Positions 1 through 8,023 are shown, numbered from the stretch's first letter. The stretch: 21,046 nucleotides of DNA from Thermotogota bacterium (GCA_051748045.1 JBNJGY010000037.1:1-21046), one strand, 5' to 3'. The notes: generated by a model from the letters alone, not told the origin. Translations and numbers: made by a program.

Positions 1-458
1 TGATATTTAATATCAAGACTTTTGCTCCTTTGCATGATATTGGAAAAATATTTATTCCTGGAGAAATTTTAAATAAACCAGGAAAATTAAATGATTCAGA
101 ATGGGAGCTAATGAAAAAACATACAATTTTTGCAGATAAAATTCTAGATGACCCTTATTTTGATACTGCAAGAAAAATTGCTATTTACCATCATGAAAAG
201 TATGACGGTTCAGGATATCCTTATGGAATAAGTGGAAATCAAATACCTATTGAAGCAGCTATTGTTTCTTTAGTAGATGTATACGATGCTTTAAGGTCTA
301 AAAGAAGTTATAAAAAAGCTATGACTCACAAAGAAGCTTTTGACATAATAACTAAAGGCGATAACAAAACAAACCCTATACACTTCAATGCTGATGTTTT
401 AGATGTTTTTATTAAAAACCAATATCAATTTGAAAAAATATTTGATTTTATAGTTTAA
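1..458 (+). CDS. HD-GYP domain c-di-GMP phosphodiesterase, 5'-truncated by the window edge
   Basis: The frame is open from position 3 (IFNIKTFAPLHDIGK), so the TTG at 30 is an internal Leu and not the start. Motifs LHDIGK, HHEKYDGSGYPYG and DVYDALRSKRSYK are typical of HD-GYP domains. Confidence 0.9.
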   Translation, partial: IFNIKTFAPLHDIGKIFIPGEILNKPGKLNDSEWELMKKHTIFADKILDDPYFDTARKIAIYHHEKYDGSGYPYGISGNQIPIEAAIVSLVDVYDALRSKRSYKKAMTHKEAFDIITKGDNKTNPIHFNADVLDVFIKNQYQFEKIFDFIV

Positions 459-486
459 AAAGGTGGATTAAATCCACCTTTTTAAA
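454..486. terminator. Bidirectional intrinsic terminator between the HD-GYP gene and adhE
   Basis: TTTAAAAAGGTGGATT-A-AATCCACCTTTTTAAA is a 16-bp inverted repeat with T-tracts on both strands, lying between convergent genes. Confidence 0.85.
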
Positions 487-498
487 TATTAAGCTACA

Positions 499-3090
499 TC
501 ATTTACCCTCAAAACTTTTAATATATATATCTTTTATTTCAGAGATCAAAGGATATCTAGGATTTGTCGATGTACATTGATCATCGAAAGCATTTTCAGA
601 AATTTCGTCTAATTTTGCATAGAAATCCTTTTTGTCTACCCCGGCTTTTTCTATTGTTTTTGGAATGCCTATATCTTTCTTCAATTGTTCTATCTCTTTT
701 ATTAGATTTTCAATTTTTTCTTCATCTTTTTTTCCTGGTAAATTCAAGTGATTAGCAATTTTCGCATATCTTGATTTAGCCAATGGATATTTATATTGTG
801 GAAAAGCTGTTTGTTTTATTGGATTATCTGATGAATTATATCTTATTACATCACTTATAAGTAAAGCATTAGCCAAACCATGAGGAATATGAAAAGCGCT
901 ACCCAGCTTATGAGCCATTGAGTGACAAATACCTAAAAATGCATTAGCAAAAGCCATTCCTGCCATTGTTGATGCTTGATGTATTTTTTCTCTCGCTTTT
1001 TGATCTTCTGCACCATTTTCATATGATCTTTTTAAATATTTAAAAATAAGCCTTATTGCTTCTAAAGAAAGACCGTTTGTGTATTCACTTGCAAATACAG
1101 AAACATAAGCTTCTATGGCATGGACAAGAGCATCTATACCAGAATTTGCTGTTAAACTCTTTGGCATGTCTATAACTAATTCTGGGTCAATAATTGCCAT
1201 GTTTGGCGTTAATTCGTAATCTGCAATTGGATATTTTATTCCAGTTTTATTATCTGTTACTACTGCAAAAGGGGTCACTTCTGAGCCTGTTCCAGATGTT
1301 GTAGGAATAGCTACCATTGAAGCTTTTTTACCAAGTTCTGGGAATTTGTAAACCCTTTTTCTAATGTCCATAAATCTTAAAGCGAGACCTTCAAATTTTA
1401 CTTCTGGATGCTCATACATAAGCCACATGATTTTTGCCGCATCCATAGGCGATCCACCACCAAGAGCTATTATCACATCTGGTTGAAAAGAATTCATTAT
1501 ATTTACACCTTTGTTCACAGTGTTAAGTGATGGATCTGGTTCGACATCAAAGAAAACTTCTGTATCTATTCCCATATTTTCTAGAATAGAAGTCACTTTT
1601 TCAGAATATCCTGAATCAAATAAGAATTTGTCTGTAACTATAAAAGCTCTTTTTTTGTTTTCTAATTCATGTAATGCCAAAGGCAGACAACCATATTTAA
1701 AATACATTTTTGGAGGAACTTTAAACCAAAGCATATTTTCCCTTCTTTCAGCAACAGTTTTTATATTCATAAGATGTTTTACACCAACATTCTCACTCAC
1801 AGAGTTTCCACCCCAAGAACCACAACCAAGAGTTAAAGAAGGTTCAAGTTTGAAGTTATATATATCTCCAATAGCCCCTTGAGAAGAAGGCATATTCATA
1901 AGAACTCTTCCTGTTTTAAGTTTCATTCCAAAATATTCAACTCTATCTTGATTATATTGATCAGTGTATAGAACAGATGTATGACCCATTCCGCCAAACT
2001 CAACTAGCTTAACTGCTTTATTTACAGCATTTTCAAAATTTTCAGCCTTATACATAGCAAGTGTTGGAGAGAGTTTTTCATATGCAAAAGGTTCGTCATT
2101 CGCAATTTTTGAAACTTCACCAATTAATACTTTCGCTTCCTTTGGAACTTTTATCCCCGCCATTTTTGCTATTTCATGGGCAGGTTGGCCCACTATCGCT
2201 GGGTTTAAATGCCCGTCTTTTAAAAGTATTTTTCCCACTGCTTCTTTTTCGTTTTTGTTTAAAATGTACGCTCCCCTTTCGAGAAACTCTTTTTTCACTT
2301 CTTCATAAACTTTGTTCACTACAATTACTGATTGTTCAGATGCACAAATCATACCGTTATCGAAAGTTTTACTCATTAAAATTGAATTTACAGCCATTTT
2401 CAAATGTGCTGTTTCATCAATAACTGCAGGTGTATTCCCTGCACCTACACCTATAGCTGGTTTACCAGAAGAATAAGCAGCCTTAACCATTCCAGGACCA
2501 CCTGTAGCAAGAATCAGATTTATATCATCGTGTTTCATTAGGTACTGGCTTAGTTCAATAGACGGTTCATCAATCCAACCTATAATCCCATCTGGCGCAC
2601 CAGAGGCTATTGCCGCTTCGAGAATCACTCTTGCTGCAGCTACAGTACTTTTTTTTGCTTTTGGATGAGGTGAAAAGATAATAGCGTTTCTTGTCTTTAA
2701 AGAAAGTAAAGATTTAAAAATAGTTGTTGATGTAGGATTTGTTGTTGGAATAACACCACCAATTATTCCTATTGGTTCAGCTACTCTCTTTATTCCAAAA
2801 GTTTTATCTTCATCAATGATTCCACAAGTTTTTTCATCTTTGTATTTGTTAAAAATATATTCCGCTGCAAAATGATTTTTAATTACTTTATCTTCAACAA
2901 TTCCCATTTTAGTTTCTTTAACCGCTTCTTTTGCAAGCCAAATTCTGTAAGAATTAGCAGAAATTGAAGCTCTTCTAAATATGTTGTCTACTTTTTCTTG
3001 GCTATATGTAGAATACTCTTTTTGTGCATTTTTTGCTTTTTGAATTATTCTTTCTAAATCTTCTACAGTTTTTATTTTTTCTAAATTCAT
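499..3090 (-). CDS. adhE: Bifunctional acetaldehyde-CoA/alcohol dehydrogenase AdhE (863 aa)
   Basis: N-terminal ALDH domain (PTTNPTST, ATGGPGMV, catalytic FDNGMICASEQ), linker (LTLGCGSWGGNS, RRENMLWFKVP), and C-terminal Fe-ADH (GGGSPMDAAK, PTTSGTGSEVT, HSMAHKLG...HG). The start is moved from 3105 to the ATG at 3090 because GGGAGG (3098-3103) sits 7 nt upstream of it. Confidence 0.97.
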   Translation of the reverse strand: MNLEKIKTVEDLERIIQKAKNAQKEYSTYSQEKVDNIFRRASISANSYRIWLAKEAVKETKMGIVEDKVIKNHFAAEYIFNKYKDEKTCGIIDEDKTFGIKRVAEPIGIIGGVIPTTNPTSTTIFKSLLSLKTRNAIIFSPHPKAKKSTVAAARVILEAAIASGAPDGIIGWIDEPSIELSQYLMKHDDINLILATGGPGMVKAAYSSGKPAIGVGAGNTPAVIDETAHLKMAVNSILMSKTFDNGMICASEQSVIVVNKVYEEVKKEFLERGAYILNKNEKEAVGKILLKDGHLNPAIVGQPAHEIAKMAGIKVPKEAKVLIGEVSKIANDEPFAYEKLSPTLAMYKAENFENAVNKAVKLVEFGGMGHTSVLYTDQYNQDRVEYFGMKLKTGRVLMNMPSSQGAIGDIYNFKLEPSLTLGCGSWGGNSVSENVGVKHLMNIKTVAERRENMLWFKVPPKMYFKYGCLPLALHELENKKRAFIVTDKFLFDSGYSEKVTSILENMGIDTEVFFDVEPDPSLNTVNKGVNIMNSFQPDVIIALGGGSPMDAAKIMWLMYEHPEVKFEGLALRFMDIRKRVYKFPELGKKASMVAIPTTSGTGSEVTPFAVVTDNKTGIKYPIADYELTPNMAIIDPELVIDMPKSLTANSGIDALVHAIEAYVSVFASEYTNGLSLEAIRLIFKYLKRSYENGAEDQKAREKIHQASTMAGMAFANAFLGICHSMAHKLGSAFHIPHGLANALLISDVIRYNSSDNPIKQTAFPQYKYPLAKSRYAKIANHLNLPGKKDEEKIENLIKEIEQLKKDIGIPKTIEKAGVDKKDFYAKLDEISENAFDDQCTSTNPRYPLISEIKDIYIKSFEGK

Positions 3091-3171
3091 ATAAAAACCT
3101 CCCAAATGATTTATGGTTATTAGCGTTTATAACCAATTATTTTTGTTTAGCTATATTTAGCTTCCATTTTT

Positions 3172-3261
3172 ATTATATAGTGAAATTATTAACTAATTAA
3201 CACAAATAACGTTAAAAGATAATGAAATTTTTCACTATATAACATGTGAAATAATTATCAA
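3172..3261 (-). promoter_or_regulatory. adhE promoter region with three Rex-like operators
   Basis: Minus-strand TATAAT at 3177-3172. Three 18-bp imperfect palindromes resemble the Rex consensus TTGTGAA-N4-TTCACAA: TAGTGAA-atta-TTAACTA (3178-3195), TAATGAA-attt-TTCACTA (3220-3237) and ATGTGAA-ataa-TTATCAA (3244-3261). adhE is an established Rex target in anaerobes. Confidence 0.7.
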
Positions 3262-3522
3262 TATGGTTGTAAGTTAATACTGTATAGATATACAGCAGTT
3301 TAATTTAATTTTAGATTAATAAAAAATTATGATTTGCAAATAACGTATTTCCAAAATATAAAACAAATTCTAAAATAAATTACTTTGTAATTTATTTAAA
3401 AAATTGTTTCTCTCAGTAAACCTATACTTTTCATTTTTATATATCTTCATTGTTTTTTGCTCTTGCAGCCAAAATAATAAATAGATGCGATGAACTATTG
3501 AGAATTATTGTACAAAATATAT

Positions 3523-3549
3523 GTAGGGGTGCCCCTTGTGGGTACCCGT
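3523..3549 (+). repeat. REP-like element (GTAG followed by a GC-rich hairpin)
   Basis: GTAG-GGGTGCCC-CTTGT-GGGTACCC-GT has a GTAG tetranucleotide followed by an 8-bp hairpin with one G-T pair. This is the architecture of RAYT-associated REPs. Only one copy is in the window. Confidence 0.6.
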
Positions 3550-3563
3550 GTAAAATACGTTAA

Positions 3564-3754
3564 AAAAATTGCATGTCTGAGCTGATTTTTGCGAGTTTGC
3601 AATTTTTAGTATTTTCAAATGATTGAAGATACTATTTTTTCAATAATTTGATCTAGTGAAGAGCGCTATTTATTATTTTAAATTACTTATTAATTTCACT
3701 CTGTGAAATTTACTGATTAGATATTTCGACTCGCTGTGCTCGCTCAATATGACA
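3564..3754. repeat. Palindromic MITE/REPIN-like or structured element
   Basis: Stem AAAAATTGCA (3564-3573) / TGCAATTTTT (3598-3607) encloses TGTCTGAGC..GCGAGTT. There are hairpins at 3608-3633 and 3692-3710. The unit AGATATTTCGACTCGCTGTGCTCGCTCAATATGAC (3719-3753) carries the same core in inverted orientation. Confidence 0.5.
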
Positions 3755-3782
3755 TACGAAAAGTTTTTTAGCTCTTGTTTTA

Positions 3783-3851
3783 CAAACAACCAACAACTAA
3801 CAACAGGAATCGCCAAGCGATTTCTAACCTTCCAACTTCCATCCTCCATCT
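3783..3851. repeat. Heptamer tandem repeats flanking a hairpin
   Basis: CAAACAA-CCAACAA-CTAACAA (3783-3803), then hairpin AGGAATCGC-CAA-GCGATTTCT (3805-3825), then CTTCCAA-CTTCCAT-CCTCCAT (3829-3849). Confidence 0.65.
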
Positions 3852-3931
3852 AAAAAGTTCTTAACTTTTTCACTTTTTCAATATCCATCTTCAAGAAATT
3901 TTGAGTATTAATTTTTTCTTTAAATTTCTTA

Positions 3932-3940
3932 TGGTAAAAT
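3932..3940 (+). promoter_or_regulatory. Extended -10 promoter of the tldD-tldE operon
   Basis: TGGTAAAAT (TGn-TAAAAT) lies about 45 nt upstream of the tldD ATG, followed by a purine-rich SD region (AAGGGGGAAGG). Confidence 0.5.
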
Positions 3941-3983
3941 AGAAGTAACTGGGTTATTAAAATTTAAAAGGGGGAAGGAAAAT

Positions 3984-5324
3984 ATGTACAGATTTCCAAA
4001 AGGATTTTATACTGATGTAAGAATTGAAGATGTATTTGAAACTAAAATCAGTGTAACTAATTCTAACTTAGACGAAAAGAAAGAAAAAGAGTATGAAGCT
4101 GCATTCATAAGGCTCTTTGATGGCAACAGATGGTTTTACGCTTCCACAACAGATATTAGTAATGTTCAAAATGAGATTGACAAGTTAAGTGAAATGGCAG
4201 AAATAAACGATAAAATTACTGAACATCCTGTTGTGAAAAAATTCCAAATTAACGAAGGTGAATTTTTTAAATTCCAAGATGAAGAAGACATACGAGAGAT
4301 AAATATTGATAAGAAATATGATGTAATTTCAGATTATTTTGATATTGTAAAAGAAAATGAATATGTAAAATTATGGAAAGCTGATTATGTTGATATGAAT
4401 ATACGAAAGAGCTTTTTTTCAAGTAAGGGTTCTAAACTTTTTTTTGATTATCAAAAAGTTGGTTATAGGATTGGATGGCAATTAGCAGATGGAGAACAAA
4501 GATTTGATGAAAGCTTTGATGTTGCTTCTAATACTTTTGATCCAATAAAAAATAAAGAAGATAATTTAAAGAAAAAATTAGATAAATCTATTCATTTCTT
4601 AAAAAACGCAGTAAGTGTTGAACCTGGAAAATATACTGTTGTTTTATCACCATTAGCTGCAGGAGTTTTTGCCCATGAAAGTTTTGGTCATAAATCAGAA
4701 TCTGATTTCATGATAGGTGACAAAACTATGAGAGAAGAATGGAAAATAGGTAAAAAAGTTGGTAGTGATATTTTAAATATAGTAGATGATGGAAATTTAA
4801 ACGGAAATGGTTTTGTTCCTTTTGACGATGAAGGATCTCGAGCTGAAGAAACTCACCTCATTAAAGAAGGAAAGTTAGCTGGAAGGCTTCATTCTGTTGA
4901 AACTGCTGTAGATTTAAACGAAGATTTAACAGGAAATGCAAGGGCAAAAGATTTTGAATTTGAACCTATTGTTAGAATGACTAATACTTATATAAAAGAA
5001 GGAACAAAATCTTTTGATGAATTGATATCTGAAATTGATGAAGGTATTTTAATAGATACTATTTCCCATGGTTCTGGGATGTCTACTTTCACTATAGCTC
5101 CTAGAATGTCTTATTATATTAAAAACGGTAAAATAGATAAACCTGTTAAAATATCTGTTGTTACTGGGAACGTTTTCGAAACTTTGAATGAAATTGATGG
5201 TTTATCTGACAAATTAGAAATTCTTTCTTTTACATTAGGTGGTTGTGGAAAAATGGAACAATTCCCATTACCAGTTGGTTTTGGTGGTCCTTATGTAAGA
5301 GTTAAAAATCTTAACGTTCAATAA
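3984..5324 (+). CDS. tldD: TldD/PmbA family metalloprotease, catalytic TldD subunit
   Basis: Metal-binding HESFGH (HExxGH), FDDEG, GNARA, PIVRMTNTYI, and a C-terminal GCGKMEQFPLPVGFGGP containing the conserved Cys ligand. Confidence 0.9.
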   Translation: MYRFPKGFYTDVRIEDVFETKISVTNSNLDEKKEKEYEAAFIRLFDGNRWFYASTTDISNVQNEIDKLSEMAEINDKITEHPVVKKFQINEGEFFKFQDEEDIREINIDKKYDVISDYFDIVKENEYVKLWKADYVDMNIRKSFFSSKGSKLFFDYQKVGYRIGWQLADGEQRFDESFDVASNTFDPIKNKEDNLKKKLDKSIHFLKNAVSVEPGKYTVVLSPLAAGVFAHESFGHKSESDFMIGDKTMREEWKIGKKVGSDILNIVDDGNLNGNGFVPFDDEGSRAEETHLIKEGKLAGRLHSVETAVDLNEDLTGNARAKDFEFEPIVRMTNTYIKEGTKSFDELISEIDEGILIDTISHGSGMSTFTIAPRMSYYIKNGKIDKPVKISVVTGNVFETLNEIDGLSDKLEILSFTLGGCGKMEQFPLPVGFGGPYVRVKNLNVQ

Positions 5325-5344
5325 TAAAGAGGGGGATAATATTA

Positions 5345-6580
5345 ATGAATAAAGAAATATTTCAAATAAATAAAGAAGAATTTAGTATTAAATTGACAAA
5401 TTCTAAAATCGCTTCTTTAAGGAAAAAAGATATTCAAAAAAATGCTTTTAGAGTTTATAAAGATGGGTTTATTGGAATAAGTGGAAGCCTAGGAGAAATA
5501 GATGAAGAAGAATTAGAAAAAAAGGCTCTTAAAGCTTTAGAAAACAAAATTCCATATTCTTATGATATAACAAAAAATCAGTATAAAACATCTTCTATAG
5601 GAAAAGATCTAATGTCTGATGAGGAATTTTTACAAAAAACAGAAGATTTATTAGAAAGATTAAACAAAAAACATCCTGATTTTACTTTTTCAAATTCTAT
5701 TATCAAAACTAGAAGCGTGAAATTTTTGAGAAATGACGAAAACACAGAACTCGTATCTGAATTAAATCATTACGATTCTGGAATTATTTTCAAACATAAA
5801 AATTCTAAAAATATTATGGATGGATTTTTTGGAGATAATGATATAACTTATAATGTAGATAAAATAGAAAAATTTGCTGATTTAATGTTGGATAATTACA
5901 ATAATGAGCTGGATTTTGAAGATGGAGAATATCCTGTAGTATTTTTTAGTGATGACATGGGTATTCAAATGAAATTTATAAGAGATCTTCATGGAATGGT
6001 TTTTGGATCAGGCAGTTCTTTATTTTCTGATAAAATTGGAGAAAAATTATTTTCCGAAGATTTCAGTTTACTCCAAACGGCAAATTATGAAAAATATGAT
6101 GTTATTAAACATTTCTTTGACAACGAAGGTACATATCAAGAAGGATTTACAGTTCCCTTAATTGAAAATGGAGTCTTAAAGAGAGCGTATACAGATAAAA
6201 AAACATCAAAGATTTTTGATTTAGACTTGACTGGTTCTGCAGATGGAGGTTATGATTCTGTTCCTAATTTAAATTATGAAACTTTTGTAATTGAACCTTC
6301 CAAAAAAACTGCTAAAGAATTACTAGGTAATAAAAAAGCAGTAATAGTTATAGAAGCTGGTGGAGGGGATTTTACTGCTGATGGAAAGTATGCAAGTCCT
6401 GTTCAATTATCTTATTTATATGAAAACGGAGAAATCAAAGGAAGATTACCTCAATTAAATGTAAATTCTCATATTTATGATATGTTTGGGAAAGATTTTG
6501 TAGGAGTACCAAAAGATAGTGTTTTAGGTATAAGAAATAAAGATGGTTTAATAATGAACATGAAAGTTTCAAAAATCTAG
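5345..6580 (+). CDS. TldE/PmbA-related partner subunit
   Basis: Directly downstream of tldD. It has FDNEG, LIENGVLK and GGGDFTADG motifs of the TldD/PmbA fold and lacks HExxH, as expected for the non-catalytic subunit. Confidence 0.8.
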   Translation: MNKEIFQINKEEFSIKLTNSKIASLRKKDIQKNAFRVYKDGFIGISGSLGEIDEEELEKKALKALENKIPYSYDITKNQYKTSSIGKDLMSDEEFLQKTEDLLERLNKKHPDFTFSNSIIKTRSVKFLRNDENTELVSELNHYDSGIIFKHKNSKNIMDGFFGDNDITYNVDKIEKFADLMLDNYNNELDFEDGEYPVVFFSDDMGIQMKFIRDLHGMVFGSGSSLFSDKIGEKLFSEDFSLLQTANYEKYDVIKHFFDNEGTYQEGFTVPLIENGVLKRAYTDKKTSKIFDLDLTGSADGGYDSVPNLNYETFVIEPSKKTAKELLGNKKAVIVIEAGGGDFTADGKYASPVQLSYLYENGEIKGRLPQLNVNSHIYDMFGKDFVGVPKDSVLGIRNKDGLIMNMKVSKI

Positions 6581-6601
6581 TTTTATAAAAGAGGTGTTTT
6601 T

Positions 6602-6811
6602 TTGAAACATTATTATATTACAACTCACGCAAATGAAAAAGGCGAACATGTTATTCACCAAGATGAATGCCCTATTTTTCCATCTATGGATACCTTAGAA
6701 GATTTAGGCTATTTTTATGGATATAATGATGCTTATAGAGACTCTAAAAGAAAACATAAAAAATGGCGTTTAATTGGATGTTCTGAATGTTGTAGCGATG
6801 GAATCAAATAA
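6602..6811 (+). CDS. Small His/Cys protein (69 aa), probably metal-binding
   Basis: TTG start with SD AAGAGGTG just upstream. It has an H-x2-H-x3-C and a C-terminal CxxCC pattern, and is followed by a terminator. It resembles a conserved hypothetical family of the YY..GxHxxHxxxC..LGxF..GCxxC type (recalled, not searched). Confidence 0.75.
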   Translation: MKHYYITTHANEKGEHVIHQDECPIFPSMDTLEDLGYFYGYNDAYRDSKRKHKKWRLIGCSECCSDGIK

Positions 6812-6815
6812 AACT

Positions 6816-6844
6816 AACCCCCCTGTATTTTTTACAGGGGGGTT
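6816..6844. terminator. Bidirectional intrinsic terminator
   Basis: AACCCCCCTGTA-TTTTT-TACAGGGGGGTT is a 12-bp stem between convergent genes. Confidence 0.85.
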
Positions 6845-6850
6845 GTTTTA

Positions 6851-8023
6851 TCAAAAAAATTCGTTTAAGAATGTAGGATATTTTTTAAGATCTGTACCAT
6901 TATAATTGTCTATTATTGTTGCTTTTCCAGAATCAAGCATTTCTTCTATATTAGTAAAACCTGATAATATAGAACTAAAAGTCCCTATATTCATAGTTAT
7001 ATCTGCTTCTTCTGAACCAGTGATTTGTATTTCACCTTCTATAATTTTCACATTAAATATTCCGTTATTCCATACTGCTTGTTTATCTTCTATTTCTATA
7101 TTTACATTCATATCTTGCCCTTTTGTTTTAAGCCCATTTAATTTTTCAATATCTATTACCCTAATCATTGGACTTACTAAATCATCTTCTGTTTTATATC
7201 TTTCGTTAACATGAGGCCAAAGAACAAAATCATTCGGTAAGAAAATATATACTTCACTAATTTGTTTACTTAAGCTAGCTAAATAGTTAAACATAAGTTT
7301 TTTTGTATTTGCATCTTCATAAATGAAATTATATATAGTATAAATAGATTTTTTCTTATCATTTTTGGAATATGAGTATAAAATCAAACCCTTAATTTCA
7401 TCTTTATGTGTAAATTTTATTACTCCCCTACTAATTTGAGAATTCCATTTAAAATTGATAAAATGGTCCCATGCATTTTGTGATTTTTGACAGAAATTAT
7501 GATTTTTAGCAGCATATTTATTATAAAATTGTTTTATATCTTCTGTTATTACTCTTACTTCTTCATATTCATAATCTTCATTTAATTTTGATTTTACTAT
7601 TTCTCCAGTAGAGATTTTATATATTTTTGAATTTTGGAACATTTCCCATCCATACTTTCTATAAAATTCCAAACTAAATGGATATAAAGCAGAAACAACA
7701 TAATTATTTTTTTTCATATAATCTACTGTTTTTTCCATCAAAAGTTTTATGGATTTTTTCCCTCTTGAATCATTTCTTGAACATACAAAAGCAATTCCAC
7801 CCATCTTAACAATATTTTCTCTAATTCTCATGTTGTAGTCTATTAAAACTAGACCAGAGATCAATTTTTTGTCTTCAAAAATACCAAAAAGTTTTTCTTT
7901 ATTTTTTTGAAGTTCAGATAATTCTTTTAAAAGAGTATCTTTATCTTCATTTGGTACACTAAATGAAAAACTAGCTATTTCTGAAAATTCTACAATATCT
8001 TCAATTTCTTTAAACTTAAACAT
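6851..8023 (-). CDS. Eis-like GNAT acetyltransferase with a C-terminal SCP2-like domain (about 390 aa)
   Basis: MGGIAFVCSRNDSRGKKSIK (degenerate motif A), SALYPFSLEFYRKYGWE, MIRVIDIE and WNNGIF are typical of the Eis family. The start is moved to the ATG at 8023 (MFKFK), which has GGAGG 9 nt upstream. Confidence 0.85.
   Translation of the reverse strand: MFKFKEIEDIVEFSEIASFSFSVPNEDKDTLLKELSELQKNKEKLFGIFEDKKLISGLVLIDYNMRIRENIVKMGGIAFVCSRNDSRGKKSIKLLMEKTVDYMKKNNYVVSALYPFSLEFYRKYGWEMFQNSKIYKISTGEIVKSKLNEDYEYEEVRVITEDIKQFYNKYAAKNHNFCQKSQNAWDHFINFKWNSQISRGVIKFTHKDEIKGLILYSYSKNDKKKSIYTIYNFIYEDANTKKLMFNYLASLSKQISEVYIFLPNDFVLWPHVNERYKTEDDLVSPMIRVIDIEKLNGLKTKGQDMNVNIEIEDKQAVWNNGIFNVKIIEGEIQITGSEEADITMNIGTFSSILSGFTNIEEMLDSGKATIIDNYNGTDLKKYPTFLNEFF

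Noticed and set aside
564-2423. Plus-strand ORFs 564-755, 1511-1882 and 2061-2423
   Set aside because: They are antisense shadows of adhE with no recognisable motifs.
3114-3135. TGGTTAT-N8-ATAACCA inverted repeat in the adhE leader, with similar half-sites at 13613-13623 and 13697-13707
   Set aside because: The spacing is inconsistent between loci (8 versus 73 nt) and the sequence is AT-rich. A shared operator cannot be supported, and it is at most a leader hairpin.
3370-3450. Minus-strand 26-codon ORF MKIYKNEKYRFTERNNFLNKLQSNLF upstream of adhE
   Set aside because: It has no convincing SD and no motif, and ORFs of this length are expected by chance.
3523-3851. Possible CRISPR array or riboswitch in the long intergenic region
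   Set aside because: There are no identical direct repeats with regular spacers, no cas genes, and no riboswitch consensus that I can recognise.
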